This document shows positions 28,312-37,495 of a stretch of DNA of 64,000 nucleotides, one piece after another. The DNA is from an uncultured delta proteobacterium (lineage in GTDB: Bacteria > Myxococcota_A > Polyangia > Polyangiales > Polyangiaceae): NCBI GenBank assembly GCA_963696385.1, contig CAVOKF010000006.1:224001-288000 (forward strand), read 5' to 3'. The translations under genes and the position numbers were made by a program. A model generated the notes under the pieces. The model had not been told where the DNA came from and made no database searches. It worked only from the letters and a program-made list of their open reading frames with translations. Numbering within the stretch: position 1 is the stretch's first letter; each line of letters begins with the position of its first letter.

Positions 28312-29454
28312 GTGGACCTGACGCCGTCTCAAAAAGAGCGCGTGAATGCGACACTGAAATTCGCGGGGACGCGCCTCGCGCCGGGCGCTCGCGAGCGTGA
28401 GGCGCGGGGGGTCTTCGATCGCCGCCTTTGGGACGAGGCGGCGGACTTCGGCCTCGCCGGTCTACCCATTCCCGAACGGTGGGGCGGCAGCGGCCTCGAT
28501 GCGGTCGATACGATGTTGACCGTGGAGGCGCTCGGAAAGGCTTGCGACGACGGAGGGCTCGTTTTTTCCCTTTGTGCCCATATGTTTGCGTCGGCGGTCC
28601 CCCTCTGGCGATCCGGGTCGGCGCCGCACCTCGAGCGGTATCTGGCCGACCTGGCCGCGGGAAAGGTGATTTGTGCCAACGGGACGACCGAGCCCGAAGC
28701 CGGTTCGGACGTTTACGCGATGAAGACTTCCGCCAAACGGGTCGGCGACGACTACGTGCTGAACGGCACCAAGTGCTTCATCACCAACGCACCGGTGGCC
28801 GATCTCTTTCTCATTTACGCGACGACGAATCCCGCGAGGGGCGTGCTCGGGATTTCTGCATTCGTCATCCCGCGGGATACTCCCGGTCTTCGCGTCGCGC
28901 CGGAGGGGCCCAAGACCGGCCTACGAACGTCGCCCTGGGGCACGGTGTACCTCGACGAGTGCCGCGTGCCGGTGAGCTCGCGAGTCGGCCCGGAGGGATG
29001 CGGCGCGTCGCTCTTCGGCGAGTCGATGATCTGGGAACGGGCCTGTCTGTTCGCGTACTACGTCGGGGCGATGGAACGTTCGCTCGAACGGTGCCTCGAC
29101 CACGTTCGATCGCGGCGCCAATTCGGTCAGCGCATTGGCTCCTTTCAATCGGTGTCCAACCGAATCGTCGATATGAAGCTCAGGCTCGAGGTCGGGCGTC
29201 TGCTCCTGTATCGCGCCGGACAGCTGCACCGGACGGGCAGGCGATGCGACGAGGCCGTCGCGCTCAGCAAGCTCTGGATCTCGGAGGCGGCGCTTCAGTC
29301 CGGCCTCGACGCGGTGCACGTTTTCGGGGGATCCGGCGTCGTCACCGATACCGGCGTCGATGCGTTGATGCGAGACGCCGTGCCGGCGCGAATTTTTTCG
29401 GGGAGCTCGGAAATGCAAAAAGCCGTGATCGCGCGAATGATGGGGTTGTCCTGA
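28312..29454 (+). CDS. Acyl-CoA dehydrogenase family, likely L-prolyl-carrier-protein dehydrogenase (PltE/RedW-like)
   Basis: FSLCAHMFA, TEPEAGSD, LNGTKCFITNAP, R.QFGQ.IGSFQSVSNRIVDMK, IFSGSSEMQK. Adjacent to a Pro-type A domain and PCP. Alternative start 28273. Confidence 0.85.
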   Translation: MDLTPSQKERVNATLKFAGTRLAPGAREREARGVFDRRLWDEAADFGLAGLPIPERWGGSGLDAVDTMLTVEALGKACDDGGLVFSLCAHMFASAVPLWRSGSAPHLERYLADLAAGKVICANGTTEPEAGSDVYAMKTSAKRVGDDYVLNGTKCFITNAPVADLFLIYATTNPARGVLGISAFVIPRDTPGLRVAPEGPKTGLRTSPWGTVYLDECRVPVSSRVGPEGCGASLFGESMIWERACLFAYYVGAMERSLERCLDHVRSRRQFGQRIGSFQSVSNRIVDMKLRLEVGRLLLYRAGQLHRTGRRCDEAVALSKLWISEAALQSGLDAVHVFGGSGVVTDTGVDALMRDAVPARIFSGSSEMQKAVIARMMGLS

Positions 29455-31046
29455 TGGGCCTCGAGCGGTGCGTGACCCCATGGGCCGAACGCGAGCCTAG
29501 CCGGATCGCCGTCGACGGACCCGACGAGGCGCTCACGTACCCGGAGCTCGACCGGCTCGCGAATCGCTTTGCGCGCGTGCTCCGAGCGATGGGCGTCGGC
29601 CCGGGCGACCGCGTAGGCATTCACGCGCACCGGTCGGCACGAACCGTCGCCGCGATGCTGGGCACACTGCGGGCGGGGGGAGTCTACGTACCGCTCGATC
29701 CCGGCTCTCCGCCGGCTCGACTGGGCCTCATCGTCCAGGACTGTGGCTTGGCCACCGTCGTGGTTTCGCCGCCGCTTTTTGGCCACTGGCACGCGGCGGG
29801 GGTCTCTGGATCGATTGAGCACTTCGTCCTGACGGGCCCGAGTGAGGCTCGCGCCGCCGACCTCGCGCCCATCCACGTCCATCCGTGGTCGGAGGTCGAG
29901 GCGGCCGCGGGCGCACCGATCGAGTCGCCGGGCCGATTGCCCGACGACTTGGCCTATGTGCTTTACACGTCGGGGTCGACCGGCATTCCCAAAGGCGTCA
30001 TGCTCTCGCACGGCAACGCCGCCGCCTTCGTCGATTGGGCTGCCGACGCAATCGGGCTTCGCGAGGGCGACCGCGTGGCCAGCGTCGCCCCCTTCCATTT
30101 CGATCTGTCGGTGTTCGACGTTTGGGCCACGCTGTCGCGCGGTGCAACGATGGTGGTGGTCGACGAGGCCACCGTCATGTCCGGCCGCCGCATGCTGGAC
30201 CGAATCCACGCGAAGAGCATCCAGGTTTGGTACTCGGTCCCGTCGGCGCTCATTCTGATGCTCGAGACGGGGGGGTTGGCCGAGCGCGGGGCACCGTCTC
30301 TACGGTCGATCTTCTTCGCCGGCGAAGTATTTCCGATGAAGCACCTGCGCAAGGTCATGGCGGCGCTGCCGCACGTCTGCTTTTTCAATCTGTTCGGGCC
30401 CACCGAGACGAACGTGTGTCTGGCCTACGAGGTGCCGGGCCCGCCGGCTCTGGACGCGGGGGCGATCCCCATCGGACGCGCGAGCTGCGGCAACGTCATC
30501 TCGATCGTCGACCCCGAAGGCAAGGAGGTCCCCGACGGCCACGTGGGGGAGCTGCTCGTGGACGGTCCCACCGTGATGGTCGGGTATTGGGACGGGGGTC
30601 GCCGCACGCCGGCGCGGCGCCCGTACCCCACCGGCGACATGGTGTCGCGGCGGCCGGACGGAGAGATCCTGTACCACGGTCGTCGGGATCACATGGTCAA
30701 GATCCACGGCTTTCGAGTCGAGCTCGGCGAGGTGGAGTCGGCGCTCTATGCCCATCCGGCGATCCACGAAGCCATCGCATTGGCCGTCGACCAACAGCTC
30801 GTGGCCGTCGCCGTGCCCTCCGACCCGGCGCTGTCCGTGCTCGAGGTCAAACGCCACTGTGCCGACCGCCTGCCGCGCTACATGATCCCGTCGGACGTCC
30901 GCCTCGTCGAAGGGTTGCCGCGGACATCCAACGGCAAGGTCGACCGCGTCCGCACCCGCGAGGCCATGCTGGCCGGAGACGGTTCGATCCTCAAGCCGCT
31001 GCGACGAGTCGAACCGCGAAAGGAGACCGAGTGGAAGCGCGCGTGA
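29454..31046 (+). CDS. Stand-alone adenylation enzyme, probably L-proline-activating (PltF/RedM-like)
   Basis: YTSGSTGIPKG, PFHFDLSVFD, WYSVPS, FAGEVFP, NLFGPTETNVC, TGD, NGKVDR. The specificity code read by eye is about DLFYFALVCK. Confidence 0.85.
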   Translation: MGLERCVTPWAEREPSRIAVDGPDEALTYPELDRLANRFARVLRAMGVGPGDRVGIHAHRSARTVAAMLGTLRAGGVYVPLDPGSPPARLGLIVQDCGLATVVVSPPLFGHWHAAGVSGSIEHFVLTGPSEARAADLAPIHVHPWSEVEAAAGAPIESPGRLPDDLAYVLYTSGSTGIPKGVMLSHGNAAAFVDWAADAIGLREGDRVASVAPFHFDLSVFDVWATLSRGATMVVVDEATVMSGRRMLDRIHAKSIQVWYSVPSALILMLETGGLAERGAPSLRSIFFAGEVFPMKHLRKVMAALPHVCFFNLFGPTETNVCLAYEVPGPPALDAGAIPIGRASCGNVISIVDPEGKEVPDGHVGELLVDGPTVMVGYWDGGRRTPARRPYPTGDMVSRRPDGEILYHGRRDHMVKIHGFRVELGEVESALYAHPAIHEAIALAVDQQLVAVAVPSDPALSVLEVKRHCADRLPRYMIPSDVRLVEGLPRTSNGKVDRVRTREAMLAGDGSILKPLRRVEPRKETEWKRA

Positions 31047-31306
31047 AGGCCGACGTCCTGCAGTTCATCGTCAGCTCCTGGCTGAGCGGCGACGAGCGAG
31101 GTTTCGACGAACAAACCGATCTGCAGCAAGCCGGCATTTTGGACTCCTTTTCGATGCTCTCTCTCGTCGCATTCTTGGAGGACACCTTTCGGATTCGCCT
31201 CGATCCGGCCGACGTGAACGCGGAGACGTTTCGGACCGTCGACTCGGTCGCTCGACTCGTCGTCCAGAGGCTCGGCACGAGCGGCGCCGGCGGCGCCATC
31301 GATTAG
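31031..31306 (+). CDS. Peptidyl carrier protein (PltL/RedO-like)
   Basis: GILDSFSMLSLVAFLE..F; AGGAG ribosome-binding site before GTG 31031. Confidence 0.85.
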   Translation: MEARVKADVLQFIVSSWLSGDERGFDEQTDLQQAGILDSFSMLSLVAFLEDTFRIRLDPADVNAETFRTVDSVARLVVQRLGTSGAGGAID

Positions 31307-31356
31307 CCATTCATTGCGGGATGCACGCTCGGTCGTGCGTGAGGAGCGAAAGCACC

Positions 31357-31629
31357 ATGGAAGAGACTCTCAGAACCATCATCGCAAAAATCGTGGAGAC
31401 CGCACCGGACTTCGATGGGGACGCGGATCTTCGAAATGATCTCGACCTGGATTCGCATCGTGCCGTCGAGTTGGTCTTCGAAATCGAGCGTGCGTTCGAT
31501 GTACGGGTGCCCGACGACGGCTTCGCGCAAATGCGCACGTTGAACAAGACGGTGCGTTTGGTCGAGCGACTGAAAGGCGCACCGGCCGCGCCGTCCGATT
31601 CGGGGACCGTGTGCAAAGACGCGTCGTGA
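31357..31629 (+). CDS. Acyl carrier protein
   Basis: DLDLDSHRAVELVFEIERAFDV; GAGGAG upstream. Confidence 0.85.
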   Translation: MEETLRTIIAKIVETAPDFDGDADLRNDLDLDSHRAVELVFEIERAFDVRVPDDGFAQMRTLNKTVRLVERLKGAPAAPSDSGTVCKDAS

Positions 31630-32831
31630 TCACCGGCTGTGGGGTGGTGACGGCCGCGGGCAACGATCTGTCGTCGTTCTGGGGCGCGCTTTTGAGCGGC
31701 ACGTGCTTCATCGGACCCCTGAAGCACTTTTCGGCGCCCGGGATCGAGCCCATCCTGGGCGCAGAAGTCGAACTCGACGCACGCGACGGCCTTCCTGCCG
31801 AGGTCGACACAGACGTCCGCCGGAGCCGAGCCGGTCACCTGGCTTTGGCCGCCACCCGTCGCGCCCTCAACGACGCCGCGTTGCGGCCCAGCGCCGACGA
31901 TCTCGAGCGCACGGGGCTCGCCCTCGGCACGACGCTCGGCGAAGAGCGTCAGGTCGGAGACCTGAGCGAGCGATGGGTCGGAAGCGGACCGAGCAGCGTC
32001 GACTCTGGGTTTTATCTCCGCAGCGACAACCACCATCTCGCGAGCCTCGTCGCGGCCCAATGGGGGCTGGGTGGCTCGGTCCAACTCTGCGCCGCGGCAT
32101 GCAGCTCCGGCAACGCCTCGATCGCGTCGGCTTACGATCTCATCTCATCGGGCGCGGCCGACACCATGATCGCCGGTGGGGTCGATGCCTTGACCCGCTC
32201 CATTTACTGCGGATTCCAGCGGATGGGCGCTTTGTCCAAGGGCATCTGTCGCCCCTTCGACCGGCGCCGAGACGGAGTCTCGTTCGGCGAGGGGGCTGGG
32301 ATGGTCGTGCTGGAGGAGCTCGAACAGGCCACCCGCCGGGGGGCACGCATTTACGCGGAGGTGGCTGGGTACGGAATGAGCAACGATGCCCATCATGTGA
32401 CCGCACCGGATCCGAGCGGCGACGGCTTCGCGCGCGCGATGACGCAGGCGTTGTCGAGCACCGGCCTGTCGCCGGCCTCGATCGACTACGTCAGCGCTCA
32501 CGGGACGGGCACGCCGTACAACGATCGGGCCGAGATTCGGGCCATGAAGACGGTATTCGGCGAGTGCGGCAAGCCCGTTCCGATGAGCTCGATCAAATCG
32601 ATGATTGGTCACACCAACGGAGCCGCCAGCGCGATCGAGGCGGTCGCTTGCGCCCTGGCGCTGACGCGCCAAGCCGTGCCGCCGACCGCCAACCTCACCG
32701 AGCCCGACCCCGACTGCGACTGGGATTGCGTCCCCGGCAAAGGGCGAGAGGCTCGGGTCGACCGCTGCCTCAATCTCGCCGCCGGATTTGGCGGTTTCAA
32801 TGTCTGTGTGGTTCTGACGAGGTTCGCGTGA
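31611..32831 (+). CDS. Type II ketosynthase (KS-alpha / FabF-like)
   Basis: Intact Cys-His-His triad: AACSSGN, HGTGT, KSMIGHT; also FGGFN. Confidence 0.92.
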   Translation: MQRRVVITGCGVVTAAGNDLSSFWGALLSGTCFIGPLKHFSAPGIEPILGAEVELDARDGLPAEVDTDVRRSRAGHLALAATRRALNDAALRPSADDLERTGLALGTTLGEERQVGDLSERWVGSGPSSVDSGFYLRSDNHHLASLVAAQWGLGGSVQLCAAACSSGNASIASAYDLISSGAADTMIAGGVDALTRSIYCGFQRMGALSKGICRPFDRRRDGVSFGEGAGMVVLEELEQATRRGARIYAEVAGYGMSNDAHHVTAPDPSGDGFARAMTQALSSTGLSPASIDYVSAHGTGTPYNDRAEIRAMKTVFGECGKPVPMSSIKSMIGHTNGAASAIEAVACALALTRQAVPPTANLTEPDPDCDWDCVPGKGREARVDRCLNLAAGFGGFNVCVVLTRFA

Positions 32832-34045
32832 CGCCCCTTGCCGGCGGCCCTGCCGCTCAGCCGATCGCGATCACCGGGGTGGGCCTCATCACGCCGCTCG
32901 GCGACGATCTCGATAAAGTGGGCGAAGCTCTGTGTTCGGGCCGACGGGCCGTCGTGGCCTCTGCCGACATCGCCGGGGCCGGCGAAGCGCACATCCCGGA
33001 CTTCGACTCGGCTCGCTACGCCACCATCCGCGGGATGCGTATGTACAATCGGACGACCCGCCTCGGCATTTGCGCCGCCCAGTTGGCACTCGTCGACGCC
33101 GCGGTGGAGGGCGAATCGTGCCCGGGTGAGCAGCTCGGCGTCGTGACGGCCTCGACCTCGGGCCATCTCGGAACGCTCATCGAATACGATCGCAGTTTGG
33201 TGGCGGTAGGTTTGCAGCGAACCAATCCCGCGTGGATGCCTTTGGCCATTCCGAGCGCCCCCGGCGCCATGATTGCCCTGTCGTTCGGAGCCAAAGCCTT
33301 CTCGATGACACTGAGCCAGGGTGCGGCTTCGTCCCTCGACGCGCTCGGGCTCGGAATGCGCTTCATCGAATCGCGGCGGGCGCGCGCGTGCGTGGTCGTG
33401 GGAGCTTTCTCCCCCTGCGCCGAGATTTCGCTGGCTGCGTCGCGAGCCGGCATGTTCGCGCCGGCTGGAGAGTTTCGCGTCTTCGATCGCCGGAGCCGCG
33501 GAACCGCGTTTGGAGAAGGGGCTGCCGCCGTGGTCCTCGAGCGGCTCGACGACTGCCACCATCGCGGGACTACGCCCAGGGCCGTTCTGCGCGGATACGG
33601 CTCTGCGTTTGCGACCCGCCCGTCGGAAATCACCTCGGCCCTCGCACGCGCAGCCGGCGCTGCCCTGCGAACGGCAAAGCTCGGACCGGCCGACATCCGC
33701 CTGGTCAGCTCGGGCGCCAACGGCTTGCCGGAGCGCGATCGATCGGAAGCGAGGGCGTTGGTCGCTCTGCTCGGAGACGCGGCGGCGCAGCCACCCGTGG
33801 TCGCGGCAAAGGCCAGCCTTGCCGAGTGCGTCGACGCGAGCGGCCTGCTGCAGACGCTCGTGGCGCTTTTCGCGCTCCGATCCGGCGCCGTCCCTCCGAT
33901 TCCGGACCTCGACGAGCCCGAGGTACCCGGTCTGCGGTACGCGCGGCCGCACATGACGGTCGACGACGGGCACGCGCTCGCAACCGCTGTCTCCAGCACG
34001 GGCGCGTGTTCGGCGCTCGTCCTTTCGGCGCGCCATGCCGCTTGA
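32828..34045 (+). CDS. Chain-length-factor-like non-catalytic ketosynthase (KS-beta)
   Basis: KS fold (ITGVGLITPLG, GEGAAAVVLE) but the catalytic positions read QGAASS, GANG and LAEC. Confidence 0.85.
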   Translation: MTPLAGGPAAQPIAITGVGLITPLGDDLDKVGEALCSGRRAVVASADIAGAGEAHIPDFDSARYATIRGMRMYNRTTRLGICAAQLALVDAAVEGESCPGEQLGVVTASTSGHLGTLIEYDRSLVAVGLQRTNPAWMPLAIPSAPGAMIALSFGAKAFSMTLSQGAASSLDALGLGMRFIESRRARACVVVGAFSPCAEISLAASRAGMFAPAGEFRVFDRRSRGTAFGEGAAAVVLERLDDCHHRGTTPRAVLRGYGSAFATRPSEITSALARAAGAALRTAKLGPADIRLVSSGANGLPERDRSEARALVALLGDAAAQPPVVAAKASLAECVDASGLLQTLVALFALRSGAVPPIPDLDEPEVPGLRYARPHMTVDDGHALATAVSSTGACSALVLSARHAA

Positions 34046-34793
34046 CGAGTCCAGCGCCAGGCGACCCGTGGCCATCGTGACGGGCGGATCGCGCGGCATC
34101 GGGAGGGCCATCGTCGAACGGCTCGCCCATGCGGGGTTCGACGTTCACTTCACGTTCTTGAACAACGAGCAGGCAGCCCGTGAGGTGATCGAGCCCATCC
34201 GCGCCGCCGGTCAAAGCGCGCGAGCGCTCCGGGTCGATTCCCGCGACGTCGCGGCGTGCGCCGCCCTGGTCGAGAAGACCCTCGCGGAGTGCGGACGTCT
34301 CGACGTCCTCGTCAACAATGCCGGTGTGACTGCCGATCGCCTCTTGCCGATGATGAGCCAGGCCGATTGGTCGGGCGTTCTCGACACGAGCCTCAATGGC
34401 CTCTTCGGGGCCACCAAGCCCGCCGCAAAACACATGATGCGCCAGCGCGCGGGACGGATCATCAATCTGACCTCCGTCTCCGGGTTGATCGGCATAGCCG
34501 GGCAGACCAACTACAGCGCTGCCAAAGCGGCCATCGTCGGCTTCACGAGGTCGCTCGCGAAGGAGCTTGCCCCCCGCGGCGTTTGCGTGAACGCCGTGGC
34601 TCCAGGCTTCGTCGACACCGACATGGTGGCTGCGCTTTCCCCGGCCCAGCGGGTGGCCGCGGTCGGACGAGTTCCCATGGGCCGCTTCGGCACCGCCGAC
34701 GAGGTCGCCGCCGTCGTCGCTTATCTTGCGGTGCAAGCGCCCCCCTATCTCACCGGCCAAGTTCTGGTGATTGATGGAGGTCTGGCCGCATGA
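34035..34793 (+). CDS. fabG: 3-oxoacyl-ACP reductase (ketoreductase)
   Basis: TGGSRGIG, LVNNAG, YSAAK, VAPGFVDT. Confidence 0.9.
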   Translation: MPLDESSARRPVAIVTGGSRGIGRAIVERLAHAGFDVHFTFLNNEQAAREVIEPIRAAGQSARALRVDSRDVAACAALVEKTLAECGRLDVLVNNAGVTADRLLPMMSQADWSGVLDTSLNGLFGATKPAAKHMMRQRAGRIINLTSVSGLIGIAGQTNYSAAKAAIVGFTRSLAKELAPRGVCVNAVAPGFVDTDMVAALSPAQRVAAVGRVPMGRFGTADEVAAVVAYLAVQAPPYLTGQVLVIDGGLAA

Positions 34794-35503
34794 CCGTCGG
34801 GAGCGTCAGGAGGCCGAGAAGCGGCCGACGCCCACCCCCGCCCAGGAGGGTCTCCAGGGGGCGCGCGGAGCACCCCACCCTCGACATGTCCCGTTCGATC
34901 CACCACGAGGCCCCCATGATGACTTGGCAACCGGGGCAAATGCCCTCACCGATTTCGGTCCTGAGCCAGGGCTTGTTCGCTCGAGTGCGCGACGTGGCGA
35001 GTCGCTTTAGGGTCGCCTACCAGTTTCGAGATTGCACGCGCGTCGGTCCACGCCCCGATGTCCTTGGGCGCCTCTGGGTCCACGGCGGCGGGCGGGTCGT
35101 ATTCGGCCAGCGGGTCCGGTTGGACGCGAGTTGCGCCCCGATCGAGATCCATTCGTTCGCGGGTGCGGAAATCGAGTTGGGCGACGACGTGGTCATCCAG
35201 GGCGGGGCGTCCATCGAAGCCATGCGATCGATCCGCATCGGTGCGGGCTGCCGGGTCGGAATGCATTGCAAGATCATCGACGGTCACTTCCACGCCATGG
35301 ACGGGCATCGGGGCGGTCTCGTCCCGGCCGGTCAAGTGGTCCTCGAGGCGGGGGTCGTCCTCGCGCCGAACAGCATCGTCGTCGCCGGTCACTTGGGCGA
35401 GGCCACGGTCGTCGCCGCACGGGCGGTCGTCACCCGTCGAGTGCGCCCCAACGCGGTGATCCGCGGCTTCCCCGCGACGACCGAATCCCGAAGGAGGCCG
35501 TGA
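34790..35503 (+). CDS. Hexapeptide-repeat (left-handed beta-helix) acyltransferase
   Basis: IELGDDVVI, IRIGAGCRVG, IIDGHFH, GFPA. The true start may be downstream, near 34917-34940. Confidence 0.75.
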   Translation: MTVGSVRRPRSGRRPPPPRRVSRGRAEHPTLDMSRSIHHEAPMMTWQPGQMPSPISVLSQGLFARVRDVASRFRVAYQFRDCTRVGPRPDVLGRLWVHGGGRVVFGQRVRLDASCAPIEIHSFAGAEIELGDDVVIQGGASIEAMRSIRIGAGCRVGMHCKIIDGHFHAMDGHRGGLVPAGQVVLEAGVVLAPNSIVVAGHLGEATVVAARAVVTRRVRPNAVIRGFPATTESRRRP

Positions 35504-36105
35504 TGCCGACGGCGAGTGCGCGAGTCCTGTTCGCCGAAGCGAGAGAGCTTTACCGTCTCATCTTCGCGGACGGCAGGGCGCCGTTGGACAAAGTTCAACG
35601 CGCGATTGGGGTGGCTCGAGCCAGCCTTCTTTTTCGACAGGTCGAGCACGGCGTTCGGGTCAACGCCACGGGCTACGTGCGGGTCGTCGCGCGCGGACGG
35701 ATCCAACTCGGGGATCAGGTGCAGTTCTTCGGCGGCATGGTTCCGACACGGGTCGTCTGTCAGGTCGGCGGAGAACTCCGGATCGACTCGCTCAGCGGCT
35801 TCAACTACGGTGTATCGATCGAATGCGCGCAGCGGATTCACATCGGCAAGCGGTGCATGTTCGGGTCCATGAGCTCTGTCCGGGATCGGTCTGAAGACCG
35901 AAGCGGACCTGTCGTCATCGAAGACGACGTGTGGGTCGCGCACGGTGCCATGATTGAACCGGGGATACGCGTCGGCGCCGGCTCGGTCGTTGCCGCGGGC
36001 TCTGTCGTGTTCGCGGACGTTCCCCCGCATTCGCTTGCCCTGGGCAACCCCGCGAAGTGCGTTGGGATGGACTTGCTCCGCAGCGTCATGCCGGCCGGTT
36101 CTTGA
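35503..36105 (+). CDS. Hexapeptide-repeat acyltransferase
   Basis: PVVIEDDVWVAHGAMIEPGIRVGAGSVVAAGSVV..DVPPHSLALGNPA; AAGGAGG ribosome-binding site. Confidence 0.85.
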   Translation: MPTASARVLFAEARELYRLIFADGRAPLDKVQRAIGVARASLLFRQVEHGVRVNATGYVRVVARGRIQLGDQVQFFGGMVPTRVVCQVGGELRIDSLSGFNYGVSIECAQRIHIGKRCMFGSMSSVRDRSEDRSGPVVIEDDVWVAHGAMIEPGIRVGAGSVVAAGSVVFADVPPHSLALGNPAKCVGMDLLRSVMPAGS

Positions 36106-36172
36106 CCGCCGGCCTGTCCCGCGCGCCGTCCTCAGCCCGATTCCTGTCCAAAGGGTCGGGATTCCTTCCGGC

Positions 36173-37210
36173 CTACGGCTGGGCTACGGCGCTGGTCGGA
36201 TCGGCAATGCTCAGCAGTTGCTTGCCCTGGTTTTGCCCGGCGAAGAGCCGCGCGACCACCGCCGGCGCGTTCTCCAAACCGCGCTGCACGTCGACGCGGT
36301 CTTTGAGTTTGCCCTCCAGCAGCCACTGCCTCAGCTGCGCGATGGCTTCGGGGGCGCGGTCCAGATAGTCGATCACGACGAACCCCTCCATCCGGCCGCG
36401 CTGCACGAGGAGCCTCAGGTAGTTCCTGGGCCCCGTCATACCGGTGACGTCGTTGTAGCTGGACATGGCGCCGCAGACCACGACCCGCCCATGAAGTGCG
36501 AGATGCGCGAGAGCGGCGTCGAGGATTCGCCCCCCGACATTGTCGAAATAGATATCGATGCCGTCCGGACACGTTTGCCGCAGACGGGTCATGACGTTTT
36601 CCGATTTGTAGTCGATGGCGGCGTCGAAGCCGAGTTCCGTCGTGAGCCAGGCGCATTTGTCGGGGCCTCCCGCGATGCCGATCGCTCTGCAGCCTTTTGC
36701 CTTCGCGATTTGACCGACCACCGATCCCGTCGCTCCCGCTGCCGCGGAGACGACCACCGTCTCTCCGGGCCGCGGGCGGCCCACATCGAGCAAACCAAAA
36801 TACGCGGTCATGCCGGTATTGCCGAGCGCGCTGAGGGCGCTCTCGACGGATACCCCCCGGGGTACGGGCAGGATGGGATAGAGGTCGTCTTCACGGGCCG
36901 CGCAGTATTCTTGCCAACCAAAAAGACCCTGCACCCGATCCCCAATGCGGTATTTGGCAATGTTGGATGCGATCACCTCGCCGACGGCGAACGAGCGCAT
37001 CACGTCGCCCATTTTCACGGCCGGCCAATAGGTGTCGCCGGCCATCCAGCCCCGCTGGGTGGGGTCGCAGGAAAGGCAGAGATTGCGCACCAGGATCTCT
37101 CCCTCGGCCGGCTCTCCGATCTCGCCCTCGTTCCACCGAAAGTCGGCGGCACGGATGAGACCTTGGGGACGCCGCACGAGAAGCCACTGATGGTTGGTCC
37201 GAAGCTGCAT
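36173..37210 (-). CDS. NADP-dependent oxidoreductase (MDR family, prostaglandin reductase/CurA-like)
   Basis: SCDPTQRGWM, GMTAYFGL, VSAAAGATGSVVGQIAK, DIYFDNVGG. Confidence 0.9.
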   Translation of the reverse strand: MQLRTNHQWLLVRRPQGLIRAADFRWNEGEIGEPAEGEILVRNLCLSCDPTQRGWMAGDTYWPAVKMGDVMRSFAVGEVIASNIAKYRIGDRVQGLFGWQEYCAAREDDLYPILPVPRGVSVESALSALGNTGMTAYFGLLDVGRPRPGETVVVSAAAGATGSVVGQIAKAKGCRAIGIAGGPDKCAWLTTELGFDAAIDYKSENVMTRLRQTCPDGIDIYFDNVGGRILDAALAHLALHGRVVVCGAMSSYNDVTGMTGPRNYLRLLVQRGRMEGFVVIDYLDRAPEAIAQLRQWLLEGKLKDRVDVQRGLENAPAVVARLFAGQNQGKQLLSIADPTSAVAQP

Positions 37211-37278
37211 CGGGGCCTCCTCCGTCGCGGCCGGAACGGTACACGAGCTCGCGGATCGCTGTCACCCGAGGGCGCCCG

Positions 37279-37435
<157 letters not shown>

Positions 37436-37495
37436 CGCAACCCGGACTATCGCGACCGCGACTGGGTCGGGTCCATTTTCCGGCCCTCGTTGGGT

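Noticed and set aside
28312..31306. Ordinary fatty-acid beta-oxidation genes or a DltA/DltC D-alanylation module
   Set aside because: The A-domain motifs (FDLSVFD, WYSVP, TNVC) with an adjacent dehydrogenase and PCP fit pyrrolyl-carrier formation better, and there is no DltB/MBOAT gene.
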